A stretch of DNA of 64,000 nucleotides from Halopseudomonas sp. (lineage in GTDB: Bacteria; Pseudomonadota; Gammaproteobacteria; Pseudomonadales; Pseudomonadaceae). The translations under genes were made by a program, and so were the position numbers. The notes beneath the pieces were generated by a model, which worked only from the letters and a program-made list of their open reading frames with translations, made no database searches and was not told the DNA's origin. Location of the stretch: positions 15,239-79,238 of the forward strand of contig NZ_JBALWW010000006.1 in NCBI RefSeq assembly GCF_036961105.1, in the 5' to 3' direction. Below are positions 30,250 through 43,094 of this stretch, piece by piece. Within the stretch, counting starts at the first letter, position 1. Every line of letters begins with the position of its first letter.

Positions 30250-31038
30250 ATGAGCGGGCCGCAACGTATCGTCTGCCTGTCCACCGAGACCTGCGAGGTG
30301 CTCTATTGCCTGGGTCAGCAGGAGCGCATCGTGGGCATTTCCGGCTTTACCGTGCGGCCACCGCAGGCGCGCAAGGAAAAGCCCAAAGTGGCAGCCTTCA
30401 CCAGCGCCAAGAGTGACGAGATTCTCGCGCTCGAGCCGGATCTGGTGCTCGGCTATTGCGATCTGCAGGCCGGCATTCTAGCCGACCTGGCGCGCGTGGG
30501 GCTGGAGGTGCATCTATTCAACCAGCGCAGTGTCGCCGGCATTTTGCGTATGGTCTCGACGCTGGGGGCGCTGGTAGGTGTTCCCGAGCGTGCCGCCACG
30601 CTGATCGCCGAGCTTGAGGACGGCTTGCTGCAGGTTCGCAATGCCAGCAGCACTGGGCCCCGCCCGCGGGTGTACTTCGAAGAATGGAATGAGCCGTTGA
30701 TCTCCGGCATCGGCTGGGTCAGTGAGCTGATCGAGCTGGCTGGCGGCGAGGACTGCTTTAGTGAGCTGGCGAGTCACCCCAGTGCCCGCCAGCGCATCAT
30801 TGCCGACCCGCAGGAAGTGGTGCGCCGCGCCCCGGACATCATCATCGGTTCCTGGTGCGGCAAGCGCTTTCGTCCCGAACAGGTGAGGGTACGTGAGGGC
30901 TGGGACGCCATACCGGCGGTGCAGACCGGGCAGCTGCACGAAATCAAGTCGGCGGATATCCTGCAGCCCGGTGTCGGTGCGCTGACCGATGGTGTGGACC
31001 AACTGGCGCGCATCATCGCTCAGTGGCGCGCGGCATGA
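30250..31038 (+). CDS. BtuF-like cobalamin-binding-fold protein, no recognisable signal peptide
   Basis: [40 protein letters not shown]; start 30250 (30235 is an alternative). Confidence 0.8.
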   Translation: MSGPQRIVCLSTETCEVLYCLGQQERIVGISGFTVRPPQARKEKPKVAAFTSAKSDEILALEPDLVLGYCDLQAGILADLARVGLEVHLFNQRSVAGILRMVSTLGALVGVPERAATLIAELEDGLLQVRNASSTGPRPRVYFEEWNEPLISGIGWVSELIELAGGEDCFSELASHPSARQRIIADPQEVVRRAPDIIIGSWCGKRFRPEQVRVREGWDAIPAVQTGQLHEIKSADILQPGVGALTDGVDQLARIIAQWRAA

Positions 31039-31946
31039 TCGCGATATTGCCGGCGGCTCTGCTGGGCGTGCTGCTGGATCGCCTGCTGGGTGAGCCGGCG
31101 CGCTGGCATCCGCTGGTGGGCTTTGGCCGCTGGGCGCAATACCTTGAGGGCAGGTTCAACCGCCAGCGCAGCATTTTCAGCGGCGCCCTGGCCTGGAGCC
31201 TGGCGGTACTGCCCTTTACGCTACTGGCCTACTGGCTGGCCGCCGTGCCCTTGCTGGGTTGGGTTTTCTCCGTATTCTGCCTGTACCTGTGCCTGGGTGG
31301 GCAAAGCCTGGTCGCGCATGCCAAGCCCATAGCGCAGGCGTTGCAGTGCCATGACCTGCCGTTGGCGCGCGAGTTGGTAGGGCGTATTGTCAGCCGCGAT
31401 ACGCGCCAGCTGGACGAGCAGGGCGTGGCGCGGGCGACCGTGGAGTCGGTGCTGGAGAACGGTAGCGATGCGGTATTCGCGGCGCTCTTCTGGTTTCTGC
31501 TACTGGGCGCGCCGGGCGTGCTGCTGTACCGGCTGAGCAATACACTGGACGCCATGTGGGGTTATCGCTCACCCCGATTTCTGTTGTTTGGCCGCAGTGC
31601 AGCCCGGATCGACGACGCGCTCAACTATCTGCCGGCGCGGCTGGTCGCGCTGAGTTATTGCCTGTGCGGTAGCGCCCGCACTGGCTGGCGCAGCTGGCGT
31701 ACGCAGGCCGCCGCATGGGATAGTCCCAACGCCGGACCCGTGATGGCGGCTGGTGCTGGGGCCTTGGAATTGCGCTTGGGTGGCTCTGCTATTTATCACG
31801 GCGAGGCGGTAGAACGGCCGGTGTTGGGATGCGGCGCGGCACCGGCCGCAGCGGATATCGTGCGTGCGCTGCAACTGGTGCACCGCAGCCTGTGGCTGTG
31901 GTTGCTTGTAGTAATGCTGCTCTGGGGACTGGCTGAACATGGATGA
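31035..31946 (+). CDS. cobD: Adenosylcobinamide-phosphate synthase
   Basis: [41 protein letters not shown]. Confidence 0.95.
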   Translation: MIAILPAALLGVLLDRLLGEPARWHPLVGFGRWAQYLEGRFNRQRSIFSGALAWSLAVLPFTLLAYWLAAVPLLGWVFSVFCLYLCLGGQSLVAHAKPIAQALQCHDLPLARELVGRIVSRDTRQLDEQGVARATVESVLENGSDAVFAALFWFLLLGAPGVLLYRLSNTLDAMWGYRSPRFLLFGRSAARIDDALNYLPARLVALSYCLCGSARTGWRSWRTQAAAWDSPNAGPVMAAGAGALELRLGGSAIYHGEAVERPVLGCGAAPAAADIVRALQLVHRSLWLWLLVVMLLWGLAEHG

Positions 31947-32964
31947 GCGGAGCCTTGAGCCTATGGGCATGCTGGAACACGGCGGGCGCTTGCAACGCGC
32001 CGCCCGCGACTTTGGTATTCCCCTGGCGCAGTGGCTGGATATCTCGACCGGTCTGGCCCCTTATCACTGGCCGTTGCCGCCGCTTCCCGCCGGTATCTGG
32101 AGCCGATTGCCGGAGCCCGAAGATGGCTTGTGTGACATGGCGGCGGCGCACTACAACGCGCCCAGCGCCTTGCCGGTGGCCGGCTCGCAAGCAGCAATCC
32201 AGGCGCTGCCCCTGCTGCGCAGCCGCTGCCGCGTGGGCATTCTGGAACCCACCTATGCCGAGCACCGGCGGGCGTGGCAGCGTGCCGGGCACGAGGTGGT
32301 GAGTGTGCGGGTGAGCGAACTGGAGCAGCAACTGGAACAACTGGATGTGCTGGTGGTGGTTAACCCCAACAATCCCACTGGCGCAGTCGTCGCCCCGCCG
32401 TTGCTGCTCGACTGGCATCAACGGCTGACCAGTCGCGGAGGCTGGTTAGTGGTAGATGAGGCCTTTGCCGATGCTACGCCGGACATCAGCCTGTCGTCCT
32501 TCAGTCATCTTCCGGGTCTCATAATACTGCGCTCATTCGGCAAGTTTTTTGGCCTGGCCGGTGTGCGGCTGGGTTTTGTGCTGGCCGAAGAAGCACTGCT
32601 GGGCAGGCTTGAACAGCAGCTCGGTCCCTGGGCTGTCAGTGGGCCAGCCCGGGCCGTCGGTATGGCGGTACTCGCCGATCAGGGTACGCAACAGCTCTGG
32701 CGCAGCCGGCTGCAGATGGATAGCAGGCGTCTGCAAGCGTTACTGGAGCGCAGCGGCCTGCCGGGCGATGGCAGTTGCCTGTTTCAATGGCGCGCGCTTG
32801 CGGCTGATCAGGCGCGCAGGTTGTACCTGAGCCTTGCGATGCGCGGCGTACTGATACGTCTGTTCCCGGACATTGCCGGGGTGCGCTTTGGTCTGCCGGG
32901 CAGTGACGCGCAGTGGAAGCGGCTGGAGTCGGCCTTGTCTGAAAGTTCCGAGGAATGGGTATGA
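31939..32964 (+). CDS. cobC: Threonine-phosphate decarboxylase (PLP)
   Basis: [36 protein letters not shown]; true start may be 31963 or 31969. Confidence 0.92.
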   Translation: MDERSLEPMGMLEHGGRLQRAARDFGIPLAQWLDISTGLAPYHWPLPPLPAGIWSRLPEPEDGLCDMAAAHYNAPSALPVAGSQAAIQALPLLRSRCRVGILEPTYAEHRRAWQRAGHEVVSVRVSELEQQLEQLDVLVVVNPNNPTGAVVAPPLLLDWHQRLTSRGGWLVVDEAFADATPDISLSSFSHLPGLIILRSFGKFFGLAGVRLGFVLAEEALLGRLEQQLGPWAVSGPARAVGMAVLADQGTQQLWRSRLQMDSRRLQALLERSGLPGDGSCLFQWRALAADQARRLYLSLAMRGVLIRLFPDIAGVRFGLPGSDAQWKRLESALSESSEEWV

Positions 32965-34445
32965 GCAGTTTGATGGTTCAGGGTACGACCTCGGACGCGG
33001 GCAAGAGCACGCTGGTCAGCGCGCTCTGCCGCTGGCTGGTGCGCCAGGGCGTTAATGTCGCGCCGTTCAAACCGCAGAACATGGCGCTGAACGCGGCGGT
33101 AACCGAGGAGGGTGGCGAAATAGGCCGCGCCCAGGCGGTGCAGGCCCAGGCCGCGCGTATCCCGGCCCACACCGACATGAACCCCATTCTGCTCAAACCC
33201 AACAGCGATGTTGGAGCTCAGGTCATCATTCAGGGCCAGCCCATCGGCAACATGGATGCGGTCGCCTACCACGCCTATAAGCCCGTTGCCATGCAGGCAG
33301 TGCTGGCGGCGCATCAGCGCTTGAGCGCGCGTTACCCGGTGGTGGTGGTGGAAGGTGCCGGCTCACCGGCCGAGATCAACCTGCGCGAAGGGGATATTGC
33401 CAATATGGGGTTTGCCGAGGCGGTGGATTGCCCGGTGATCATAGTGGCGGATATCGACAAGGGTGGCGTCTTTGCCCACCTGGTGGGCACCCTGGAGCTG
33501 CTCTCGGCCAGCGAGCAGGCGCGGGTCCAAGGTTTTGTCATCAATCGCTTTCGCGGTGATATTGCGCTGCTGGAACCGGGCCTGCGCTGGCTCGAAGCAC
33601 GCACGGGCAAGTCGGTGATCGGCGTGCTGCCTTATTTGCAGGATCTCCATCTGGAGGCCGAGGATGCTGTCGACACCCGCCAGGCACCAAAGCGGCAGGA
33701 ATGCCTCAAGGTAGTAGTACCGGTGCTGCCGCGCATCAGCAATCACACCGACTTTGATCCCCTGCGCCTGCATCCCCAGGTGGAGCTGCAATTTGTCGGT
33801 CCGGGGCAATCGATACCGCTGGCTGACCTGATCATACTGCCGGGCTCCAAAAGTGTGGCTGCAGACCTTGCCTTTCTGCGTGAGCAGGGTTGGGAATCGG
33901 CGCTGCAACGCCATCTGCGCTACGGTGGCAAACTGCTGGGTATCTGCGGCGGCTTCCAGATGCTGGGCGCTGAACTGGCAGACCCGCTGGGCCTGGAAGG
34001 CCCGCCAGGTAGCGTGCCTGGCCTGGGTCTGCTGGCGATGCGCACTGAGCTGCAGGCGGCCAAGCAACTGACCAATGTCACCGGCGTGCTGAGCCTGGGA
34101 CAGGCGGCGGTGAGCGGGTACGAAATTCACGCCGGCGTCAGCCTGGGCGCGGCACTGGAAAAGCCGCTGGTGCAACTGTCAAGCGGCCGCCGCGATGGCG
34201 CGCTGAGTGAAGACGGGCAGGTGGCGGGCTGTTATCTGCATGGGTTGTTCGAGCAGCCGGCAGCGCAACAGGCGATCCTGCGCTGGGCAGGGCTGACGCA
34301 GGCCGAAGGTCTGGATTATGCTGCGCTGCGCGAACGCGACCTTGAGCGCCTGGCTGATCTGGTCGAGGCGCATCTGGATACGGCGATGCTGCGTCGGCTT
34401 TGTGGTCTGAACCCTGGAATCAACGTCATGGAGTCGGAATCATGA
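32961..34445 (+). CDS. cobQ: Cobyric acid synthase
   Basis: [49 protein letters not shown]. Confidence 0.97.
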   Translation: MSSLMVQGTTSDAGKSTLVSALCRWLVRQGVNVAPFKPQNMALNAAVTEEGGEIGRAQAVQAQAARIPAHTDMNPILLKPNSDVGAQVIIQGQPIGNMDAVAYHAYKPVAMQAVLAAHQRLSARYPVVVVEGAGSPAEINLREGDIANMGFAEAVDCPVIIVADIDKGGVFAHLVGTLELLSASEQARVQGFVINRFRGDIALLEPGLRWLEARTGKSVIGVLPYLQDLHLEAEDAVDTRQAPKRQECLKVVVPVLPRISNHTDFDPLRLHPQVELQFVGPGQSIPLADLIILPGSKSVAADLAFLREQGWESALQRHLRYGGKLLGICGGFQMLGAELADPLGLEGPPGSVPGLGLLAMRTELQAAKQLTNVTGVLSLGQAAVSGYEIHAGVSLGAALEKPLVQLSSGRRDGALSEDGQVAGCYLHGLFEQPAAQQAILRWAGLTQAEGLDYAALRERDLERLADLVEAHLDTAMLRRLCGLNPGINVMESES

Positions 34446-34483
34446 AGAGTGAACCATGAAGTCTGAGCTTGGGAGTCTGAAGC

Positions 34484-35005
34484 GTGCATGAGTTGATCCT
34501 GGGGGGCGCGCGTTCGGGCAAGAGCCGACTCGCCGAGCGTTTGGCAGTGGAGTCCGGCTTGCCGGTCACCTATATCGCCACCTGTGAGCCGCGTGATCGG
34601 GAAATGGCCGAGCGCGTGGCCCAGCACCGTGCGCAGCGTCCCGCAGAGTGGGCTCTGGTGGAAGAGCCGCGGTCGCTGGCGCAGGTCTTGCGCGAGCAGG
34701 CCGCGCCAAGTCGATGCCTGCTGGTCGACTGTCTGACATTGTGGCTCAGTAATCTGCTGCTCAGCGATGACCCTCAGCACTGGGCTGTTGAGCGCGAGGC
34801 GCTGTTTGCCGCTCTGCCGGGGTTGCCTGGGCGGGTGATCATGGTCAGCAACGAGACGGGGCTGGGCGTGGTTCCCATGGGGGAGCTGAGCCGGCGGTTT
34901 GTCGATGAATCCGGTTGGCTGCATCAGCAGTTGGCCGCACACTGTGACCGGGTTGTGGTCTGTATTGCGGGATTGCCGCAGACCTTGAAGGGAGAAAAGG
35001 TGTGA
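34484..35005 (+). CDS. cobU: Adenosylcobinamide kinase / adenosylcobinamide-phosphate guanylyltransferase
   Basis: [32 protein letters not shown]. Confidence 0.96.
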   Translation: MHELILGGARSGKSRLAERLAVESGLPVTYIATCEPRDREMAERVAQHRAQRPAEWALVEEPRSLAQVLREQAAPSRCLLVDCLTLWLSNLLLSDDPQHWAVEREALFAALPGLPGRVIMVSNETGLGVVPMGELSRRFVDESGWLHQQLAAHCDRVVVCIAGLPQTLKGEKV

Positions 35006-36057
35006 ACGGAGCTTGGTGGCAGACAAGGGCGCGGGACGCCGACGCAGGTAGACGCGCGCAGGCATTGGCGCGCCAGACACAATTGACCAAACCGCAGGGC
35101 GCGCTGGGGCGTCTGGAGCAGCTTGCGGTTAACCTGGCGGGCTTGCAGGGGCGCAGCCAACCATCGATGGAGCGCATCTGGATATCCATTTTCGCAGCTG
35201 ACCACGGTATCGCTCAGGAGGGCGTGTCTGCGTATCCGCAGGAAGTCACCGGGCAGATGCTGGCCAACTTTGCCGGCGGCGGCGCTGCCATCAATGTGCT
35301 GGCGCGTCATCTCGGCGCCGAACTCGAATTGCTCAACCTGGGGTTGGTGGACGAAAGCGGTCCCCTGCCCGGTGTGCGGCAACTGAAGATTGCAGCCGGT
35401 ACCAACAACTTCCTGCACGCGCCGGCCATGTCCGAGGTGCAATGCGCCCACGCCCTGCTGGCCGGGCGAGAAGCAGTGCTGCGCAGTAGCGAAAAGGACA
35501 CCGACCTGTTCATCGGTGGCGATATGGGGATCGGCAACACCAGCAGTGCCTGCGCACTGGCTTGCCTGCTGCTGGATATGCCGGCGGTGCGTCTGGTAGG
35601 CGCCGGCACCGGCATGAAAAATGGCGGGCTGCAGCACAAGACCCGGGTGATCGAAGCCGCCCTGAAGCTGCATCGACCGCATATATCCTCCCCCCTAGAG
35701 GCGCTGGTGCGGGTCGGCGGGCTGGAAATTGCCGCCCTGGCCGGCGCCTACATGGCTGCCGCGCAGGAGGGCATACCGGTACTGGTGGACGGCTATATCT
35801 GCTCCGCCGCCGCGCTCTGCGCGACGCGCATGAATCCGAGCATCATTCCCTGGCTGCTCTACAGTCACCGCAGTGCTGAACCCTGTCATCAGGAGTTGCT
35901 CGACGCGCTGGACGCCGAACCCCTGATCGCTCTGGAGATGCGCCTGGGTGAGGCGAGCGGCGCTGCGGTAGCAGTGCCGCTGCTGCAAAGCGCCTGCCGA
36001 CTGCACAATGAAATGGCTACCTTCAAGGAAGCGGCGGTCTCGGGCAGCCTGTTTTGA
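35002..36057 (+). CDS. cobT: Nicotinate-nucleotide--dimethylbenzimidazole phosphoribosyltransferase
   Basis: [33 protein letters not shown]. Confidence 0.96.
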   Translation: MNGAWWQTRARDADAGRRAQALARQTQLTKPQGALGRLEQLAVNLAGLQGRSQPSMERIWISIFAADHGIAQEGVSAYPQEVTGQMLANFAGGGAAINVLARHLGAELELLNLGLVDESGPLPGVRQLKIAAGTNNFLHAPAMSEVQCAHALLAGREAVLRSSEKDTDLFIGGDMGIGNTSSACALACLLLDMPAVRLVGAGTGMKNGGLQHKTRVIEAALKLHRPHISSPLEALVRVGGLEIAALAGAYMAAAQEGIPVLVDGYICSAAALCATRMNPSIIPWLLYSHRSAEPCHQELLDALDAEPLIALEMRLGEASGAAVAVPLLQSACRLHNEMATFKEAAVSGSLF

Positions 36058-36632
36058 CCCTGTATCTGGAATGGCTGCGCCACGGTGAGACCGAGCTGGG
36101 CGGCGGACTGCGCGGCAGCCTGGATGACGCGCTCACGGCGGCGGGTTGGCAGCAGATGCAGGCCGCTGTGGCGCAGGCCGGCGATTGGCAGCGCATTGTC
36201 AGTTCACCGCTGCAGCGCTGTTCCCGTTTCGCTGAACAGCTCGCGGCGCGGCTGGAACTGCCTTTCGAACATTGCGCGGACCTGCGTGAACTGCACTTCG
36301 GCGAATGGGAGGGGCTGCACCCGCGCGACTTGATGCTGACCCAGGCAGATGAACTCGGACGTTTCTGGGCTGATCCCTATGCCTTTACGCCGCCCGGAGC
36401 TGAACCCTTGCGGGCCTTCTCTCAGCGTATAGACGCGGCTTTGCAGGGGTTGTACGAGGCGTACGCCGGCGAGCGGTTGCTGGTAGTCTCGCACGCCGGC
36501 GTGATGCGTCTGCTACTGGCGCGTGCGCGTGGTCTGGCCCCGGCAGCACTGTTGCAAGTGGTGGTCGGTTATGCCGAGCGCGTACGTCTGGATTATCACC
36601 CAGAGCGCGGCCTGACAGAGCTACCGGCATGA
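36054..36632 (+). CDS. Alpha-ribazole-phosphate phosphatase (histidine phosphatase family)
   Basis: [25 protein letters not shown]; lies between cobT and cobS. Confidence 0.9.
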   Translation: MTLYLEWLRHGETELGGGLRGSLDDALTAAGWQQMQAAVAQAGDWQRIVSSPLQRCSRFAEQLAARLELPFEHCADLRELHFGEWEGLHPRDLMLTQADELGRFWADPYAFTPPGAEPLRAFSQRIDAALQGLYEAYAGERLLVVSHAGVMRLLLARARGLAPAALLQVVVGYAERVRLDYHPERGLTELPA

Positions 36633-37363
36633 TGCCCTTCGCCCTGGCACTGCAGTTTCTCACGCGCTTGCCGGTGCGCCTGCGCCGCGCGCCCAGCGCA
36701 GAGGAAAGCGCCGAATCGCTGCTCTGGTATCCACTGGTGGGCGTGGTGCTCGGGCTCTTGTTGTTGCTGGGTAATGTCCTACTGAGCGGCGTGGATGTGT
36801 CGCTGCGCGCTGCTCTGTTGCTGGCTGCCTGGGTCTGGTTGAGTGGCGGCCTGCATCTGGACGGCCTGGCCGATACCGCAGATGCCTGGATCGGTGGCTA
36901 CGGCGATCGCGAACGCACCCTGGCGATCATGAAGGATCCGGCCTGCGGACCCATTGGGGTGCTGGCGCTACTGCTGTGTCTATTGCTGAAATACTGCGCG
37001 CTGGCGCTGCTGCTGCAGCACCAGCTCTGGAGTCTGTTGCTGGTTGCGCCCTGGATGGGGCGTTGTCTGTTGCCGCTGCTGCTGCTGACCACGCCCTACG
37101 TGCGGGCCGGTGGGCTGGGCGAGAGCCTGACCCGCGCCATGCCACGCCAGCGTTTGCAGTGGGTTTTGCTGGGCAACGCCGTTGTCTTGCTGTGTTTTGG
37201 CCTGGTCGGCCTGCTGGCGTTCATGACGGCTATCGTCCTGACGCTGCTGGCGCGTCGCCTGCTGCTGCAGCGTTTGGGTGGCACCACTGGTGATACCGCC
37301 GGCGCGCTGTTGGAGGTCGCCGAATGTACGGTTCTGGTAGTGGCGGCCGTAGTGTTAGCTTGA
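36629..37363 (+). CDS. cobS: Adenosylcobinamide-GDP ribazoletransferase
   Basis: QFLTRLP, GGLHLDGLADTAD, IMKDP, GGTTGD. Confidence 0.96.
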   Translation: MMPFALALQFLTRLPVRLRRAPSAEESAESLLWYPLVGVVLGLLLLLGNVLLSGVDVSLRAALLLAAWVWLSGGLHLDGLADTADAWIGGYGDRERTLAIMKDPACGPIGVLALLLCLLLKYCALALLLQHQLWSLLLVAPWMGRCLLPLLLLTTPYVRAGGLGESLTRAMPRQRLQWVLLGNAVVLLCFGLVGLLAFMTAIVLTLLARRLLLQRLGGTTGDTAGALLEVAECTVLVVAAVVLA

Positions 37364-37395
37364 TCACAATTCTGTGCCAACCCGGTGCTGGAGTT

Positions 37396-37423
37396 GAACT
37401 TTTGCCGCTAGTCTTTCATCTGA
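37396..37423 (+). promoter_or_regulatory. sigmaE/AlgU-type promoter upstream of a micro-ORF
   Basis: GAACTT-N17-TCTGA. Confidence 0.7.
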
Positions 37424-37498
37424 ATGTCATCTGGCATGGCTAACGTAAACCTTGCGATAGCAGTATGTCAGAACCGCCAAGAAGAAAAGGGAGGCGAT

Positions 37499-37582
37499 AT
37501 GAGCGACTATATTGAAGAGTTGATTGAACTGCAGGCGCAGCAACGTGAAGATGAAGTGGTAGAAGACGCTGAAGAGATGTAA
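37499..37582 (+). CDS. Putative 27-aa acidic small protein MSDYIEELIELQAQQREDEVVEDAEEM (below the ORF-track cutoff)
   Basis: AAGGGAGG RBS 4 nt before ATG; TAA at 37580-82; its own promoter upstream. No homology known to me. Confidence 0.6.
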   Translation: MSDYIEELIELQAQQREDEVVEDAEEM

Positions 37583-37670
37583 TTCTCTTCATGCGTTTTC
37601 TACAAAGAGAAAGTAGGTGGCTGTTTCCTCTCGTTTTTTCCTGTCTCGTCATCCCCGCATTTATCTGTTA

Positions 37671-38702
37671 TCAAATCGACTCCTGTGCGTTGCGTGCCAG
37701 CAATAGGGCACGGCGGTAGCTACCGGGCGCTGACCCGCTCCAGCGTTTGAATGCCCGCTGAAATGCCTCCGGTGAGGAAAATCCCAGGAGAAAGGCGATC
37801 TCGCCCAACGCCAGCTCGGTGTCTCGAATGTAGCTGACCGCCAGGTCGCGGCGCATTTGGTCGATGATGTCCTGGAAGCGGGTGTGATCCTCCTGTTGCA
37901 GACGCCGGCGCAAGGTCCAGGAGGGCAACCCCAATTCCCGCGCGACTTCGTCCAGGCTGGGTAGCCGTTGATGAAGCTGCGGCGCGACAATGCTTTCGAC
38001 CCGTTCGCGCAAGGCCCTATGGCGGGTCAGTTCCTGTAAGCGTTGGTCGCACAAGGACAGCAGGTGCTGATAATGGCCTGGCGCGCTCTGCAGCAATGGC
38101 AGCTGCAGGCTGCGCGGCTCCCACACCAGCTGATTCTGGCTCTGGGAAAACAGCACCGGGCATTGAAATACCTCTTCATAGCGCGCTGCATAAGTAGGCG
38201 CGGGAAACTCGATATGCACTTCGCGCAGTTGCGCCTGTGCGCCAGTCAGTTGTCTGGCGGCTAACGCACGTGCTGCCAGGGCAGAATCCACGACAAACAG
38301 GTTGAACATGTTGTAAGGCGCGATGGAGTAAAAGCGCAGCGCCGGAATTTCAAAACTGGAATGCCCGCGATAGTTCTGGCTGGTCAGGCGTTCATATCGA
38401 ACCATGACCTCGAAGGCTTCGCCGAGCGTGGGGGCGCACTGCGCGGTCATGCCAGCCAGGCCCAGGTGGCTGAGCTGGCTATGGTTGCCCATCAGCAGTC
38501 CAATGGCGGGGTTCTGTGTGTAACGGATGGCGGCATTGCCCAGGCGCATGAAGCGCGCAATGCTGATGCGTGCGTGGGGCTCGCTGAGCAAGGCGTCGGT
38601 AATGCCGAAGCGGCGCAGCAGGGGCGCAGGGTCCAGCTGCAGCTGCTGAATAGCCGCGCGCAGGCTGAGCAGATAGCTGACAGAGATGTCGCCGAGTTTC
38701 AT
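37671..38702 (-). CDS. AraC-family regulator (Arabinose_bd_2-type N-domain)
   Basis: C-terminal WTLRRRL...ELALGEIAFLLGFSSPEAFQRAFKRWSGSAPG; divergent from fadH. Confidence 0.92.
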   Translation of the reverse strand: MKLGDISVSYLLSLRAAIQQLQLDPAPLLRRFGITDALLSEPHARISIARFMRLGNAAIRYTQNPAIGLLMGNHSQLSHLGLAGMTAQCAPTLGEAFEVMVRYERLTSQNYRGHSSFEIPALRFYSIAPYNMFNLFVVDSALAARALAARQLTGAQAQLREVHIEFPAPTYAARYEEVFQCPVLFSQSQNQLVWEPRSLQLPLLQSAPGHYQHLLSLCDQRLQELTRHRALRERVESIVAPQLHQRLPSLDEVARELGLPSWTLRRRLQQEDHTRFQDIIDQMRRDLAVSYIRDTELALGEIAFLLGFSSPEAFQRAFKRWSGSAPGSYRRALLLARNAQESI

Positions 38703-38891
38703 GGGCATAGCTCTACAAGTGGCCCGCGAAGGGGGAGCGGTGGCTACGGGATTGTAATTCAAGGTTATGAATGTGTCATTTAAGGTGATTGAGCGGCATC
38801 CCGCCTGGGCCTATTGTTCTGGCCATAACAGGCTCCGGGCAGGTACCCGCGGGCCTATTCGATGTGATGCCGCCTGATGATGCCGGAGTAA

Positions 38892-40931
<2,040 letters not shown>

Positions 40932-41172
40932 GTTTGTTCTGCCGGCACCGCAGCTGTACCGCTGCTGCGGTGTCGGTCTTCCCGTTTCACGGCTTTCGTC
41001 TCCAGCCCGCGCCACCTCTGCCATGACGATTTTATGCCAGCAGATAGGCTGCTTGCCAAATCGATCACATAAGGTCATGAACCTTTTCCCTACACTTGCT
41101 GCCTTACAGGCGTGCGGGATGCATTTGCCGGAAAAAAGGCGCAGAGTATTGAGCAGGGCAAGGAGATAGATG

Positions 41173-42027
41173 ATGAGCACAGCAACACGGCCAATGCTCA
41201 CTGAGGCGGTGATGTTCTTCTCGGAGCGCGGCATCTGCAAGGAGATGTTGTTCCCCGAGTTTGAAGCATTGCTGGATGGCCTCGTGGCGTCCCCCGAATT
41301 CGCCGATGAAACCGTCGAAGCGGTATTCGTACAGATCAACTCGCGGCTGCAGGTTCGCGCAGCGGTGTTCTTTACGCTCGACTTCGATCTGGACGGTTAC
41401 GTCAACCGCCTGTGGAACATGCCGCTGCGCCAACTGGCGGAGAAAGCCGAGCGCGGTCCGGACATGGGCGGCGGTCCTATTCGCCTGGTTTGTCTGGGCT
41501 ACAACAAACTGCCCAATTATCGCCCCCTGCTGTGGAAACCCGGCCAGCGCGCCGGTACCAATGATCTGGCCCTGGTGAAGGACGCGGTGACGCGCAATTC
41601 TCTGGGTATTCTGGGCGATGACGAAGAAGCCATCAGCATACTTTCCCCGGAACGCCTCCAGGTCGCCGCCGAAGATACCTGGTACGGCAGTGGCGTAATC
41701 ATTGATCCGGACAACACCACGCTCCTGCCTATCGAATCCAGCGCCCCGCACAGCGATGAACTTGACGATGTGCTTGAGCAGCACGCACTGGAGGTTCGCG
41801 AGTACCAGCGCCAGATCGAGTTGCTGAGTAATCGTCTCAAGGCGCTGACCCTGGAAAAGGATCAGGCGCTTGCCGAGCTCAAGGGCACCCACGCCGATCA
41901 CCTGGAAATCGTCCAGGGTGAACTGCTCGATATCAAGCAGGAGCTGGCCCAGCAGCAGAAACTCAATGTTGCGCTGAAACGCGACCTGGTGAAACTGCAG
42001 AGCCGCACCTCAACCGATATCGATTGA
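41173..42027 (+). CDS. Conserved hypothetical protein: globular N-domain plus C-terminal coiled coil
   Basis: AAGGAG RBS; KEMLFPEFEALLDG...GPDMGGGPIRL N-domain; heptad-rich C-terminus. Confidence 0.75.
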   Translation: MSTATRPMLTEAVMFFSERGICKEMLFPEFEALLDGLVASPEFADETVEAVFVQINSRLQVRAAVFFTLDFDLDGYVNRLWNMPLRQLAEKAERGPDMGGGPIRLVCLGYNKLPNYRPLLWKPGQRAGTNDLALVKDAVTRNSLGILGDDEEAISILSPERLQVAAEDTWYGSGVIIDPDNTTLLPIESSAPHSDELDDVLEQHALEVREYQRQIELLSNRLKALTLEKDQALAELKGTHADHLEIVQGELLDIKQELAQQQKLNVALKRDLVKLQSRTSTDID

Positions 42028-42969
42028 TCAGGCCGGCCAGCCGTCAGCTACACAAATCAGGCGGTCTGCGCGGAGCGGCTGGTATTCACCCGCCGGGTCT
42101 GCGCGGATAAACATCACCGGCTGCAGTGCTCTTGCCTTCTCAAATACACTGCTCATTTGCGCCGGACTGAAGAGTTCTGCCTCTTCCGGCCTGGGCGGCA
42201 TCAGCCAGTGCTTGTGCGGTAGCGCTATCCATTTGCTATTTGCTGGCAGCCATAATTCAACTTCACTGCGGTGACACCATAACCGATCTGCTGGCTGAGC
42301 GGCCTGCACGCAGGCCGGCGGCATGCGCTGCGCTGCCGACTGGAACAGACAGCCCTGTAGCCAGGCGGCGGAACAATCCGGCTGCGGCAATGCCCCGGGG
42401 TAATGGCTGAACAGCTCTGATTTGCCGCCGCTCTGCAAATGACGGCCAAGCGGTAGTTGGTGTTCCTTGAGGCGCTGAATCTTGCGCGCCAGCTGATCGC
42501 TCGGGTCAGGGCCCCACCAGAGCGCGGCATCACTGCAATCGGCATTGCTGTCTGTCTCTTGCAGCTCCGGTCTGCCCAGATAGAACTTGATCGCCAACTC
42601 CAGATGTACGATCTCGCCATTGGCGGCACGAATGACCAGATCCAGCTCGCCAAGAGTGCGGCCAGCTTCGCGCAGCGCCAGGTTGTGCGCCAGAATCTCC
42701 ACGTCGGGCGCCAGGCTCAGCAAGGCGTGCCACAGGCGCTCGTAGTAATTGCCCAGACGGCGGTCGCGGGTCTGTGCCAGCAAGGCCGGCAGTTGGCCAG
42801 GCTCGGCGTCCAGTCGCTGCAAGGCTGCCAGCAACTGCTCGGGGTACCGCCGCCAGACGGAGTCTCGCAAGGGATCGCGCAGCGGTAGAGCAACCTCGGT
42901 CAACAGCGGGCCGCTGAAGGCGAGCCAGGCCAGGTCGCGTACCATGGGGTGAGTGAAATCCGGCAACAT
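42028..42969 (-). CDS. DUF1853 family protein (PD-(D/E)XK-like)
   Basis: VRDLAWL, RRLGNYYE.LW, TLGELDLV, HLELAIKFYL, GP...DQL..K. Confidence 0.85.
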   Translation of the reverse strand: MLPDFTHPMVRDLAWLAFSGPLLTEVALPLRDPLRDSVWRRYPEQLLAALQRLDAEPGQLPALLAQTRDRRLGNYYERLWHALLSLAPDVEILAHNLALREAGRTLGELDLVIRAANGEIVHLELAIKFYLGRPELQETDSNADCSDAALWWGPDPSDQLARKIQRLKEHQLPLGRHLQSGGKSELFSHYPGALPQPDCSAAWLQGCLFQSAAQRMPPACVQAAQPADRLWCHRSEVELWLPANSKWIALPHKHWLMPPRPEEAELFSPAQMSSVFEKARALQPVMFIRADPAGEYQPLRADRLICVADGWPA

Positions 42970-43094
42970 GTATCAGGTCCTGATTTGCCAGCGCAGGGCC
43001 GGCTGCGGAATAATCGCCATTCCAGAAGAGGATGTAGTCCGGCCAGTGTCTGTCATGTCCGGTCATCTCTCAAGCGAACAAACAACGAGGTGCT

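Noticed and set aside
27683-37363. Frameshifts or pseudogenes suggested by overlapping ORFs in the cob operon
   Set aside because: All genes are full length with intact motifs; the overlaps are normal translational coupling.
41110-41130. sigma54-like site before the 41173 gene
   Set aside because: GG-to-GC spacing is 9, not the required 10.
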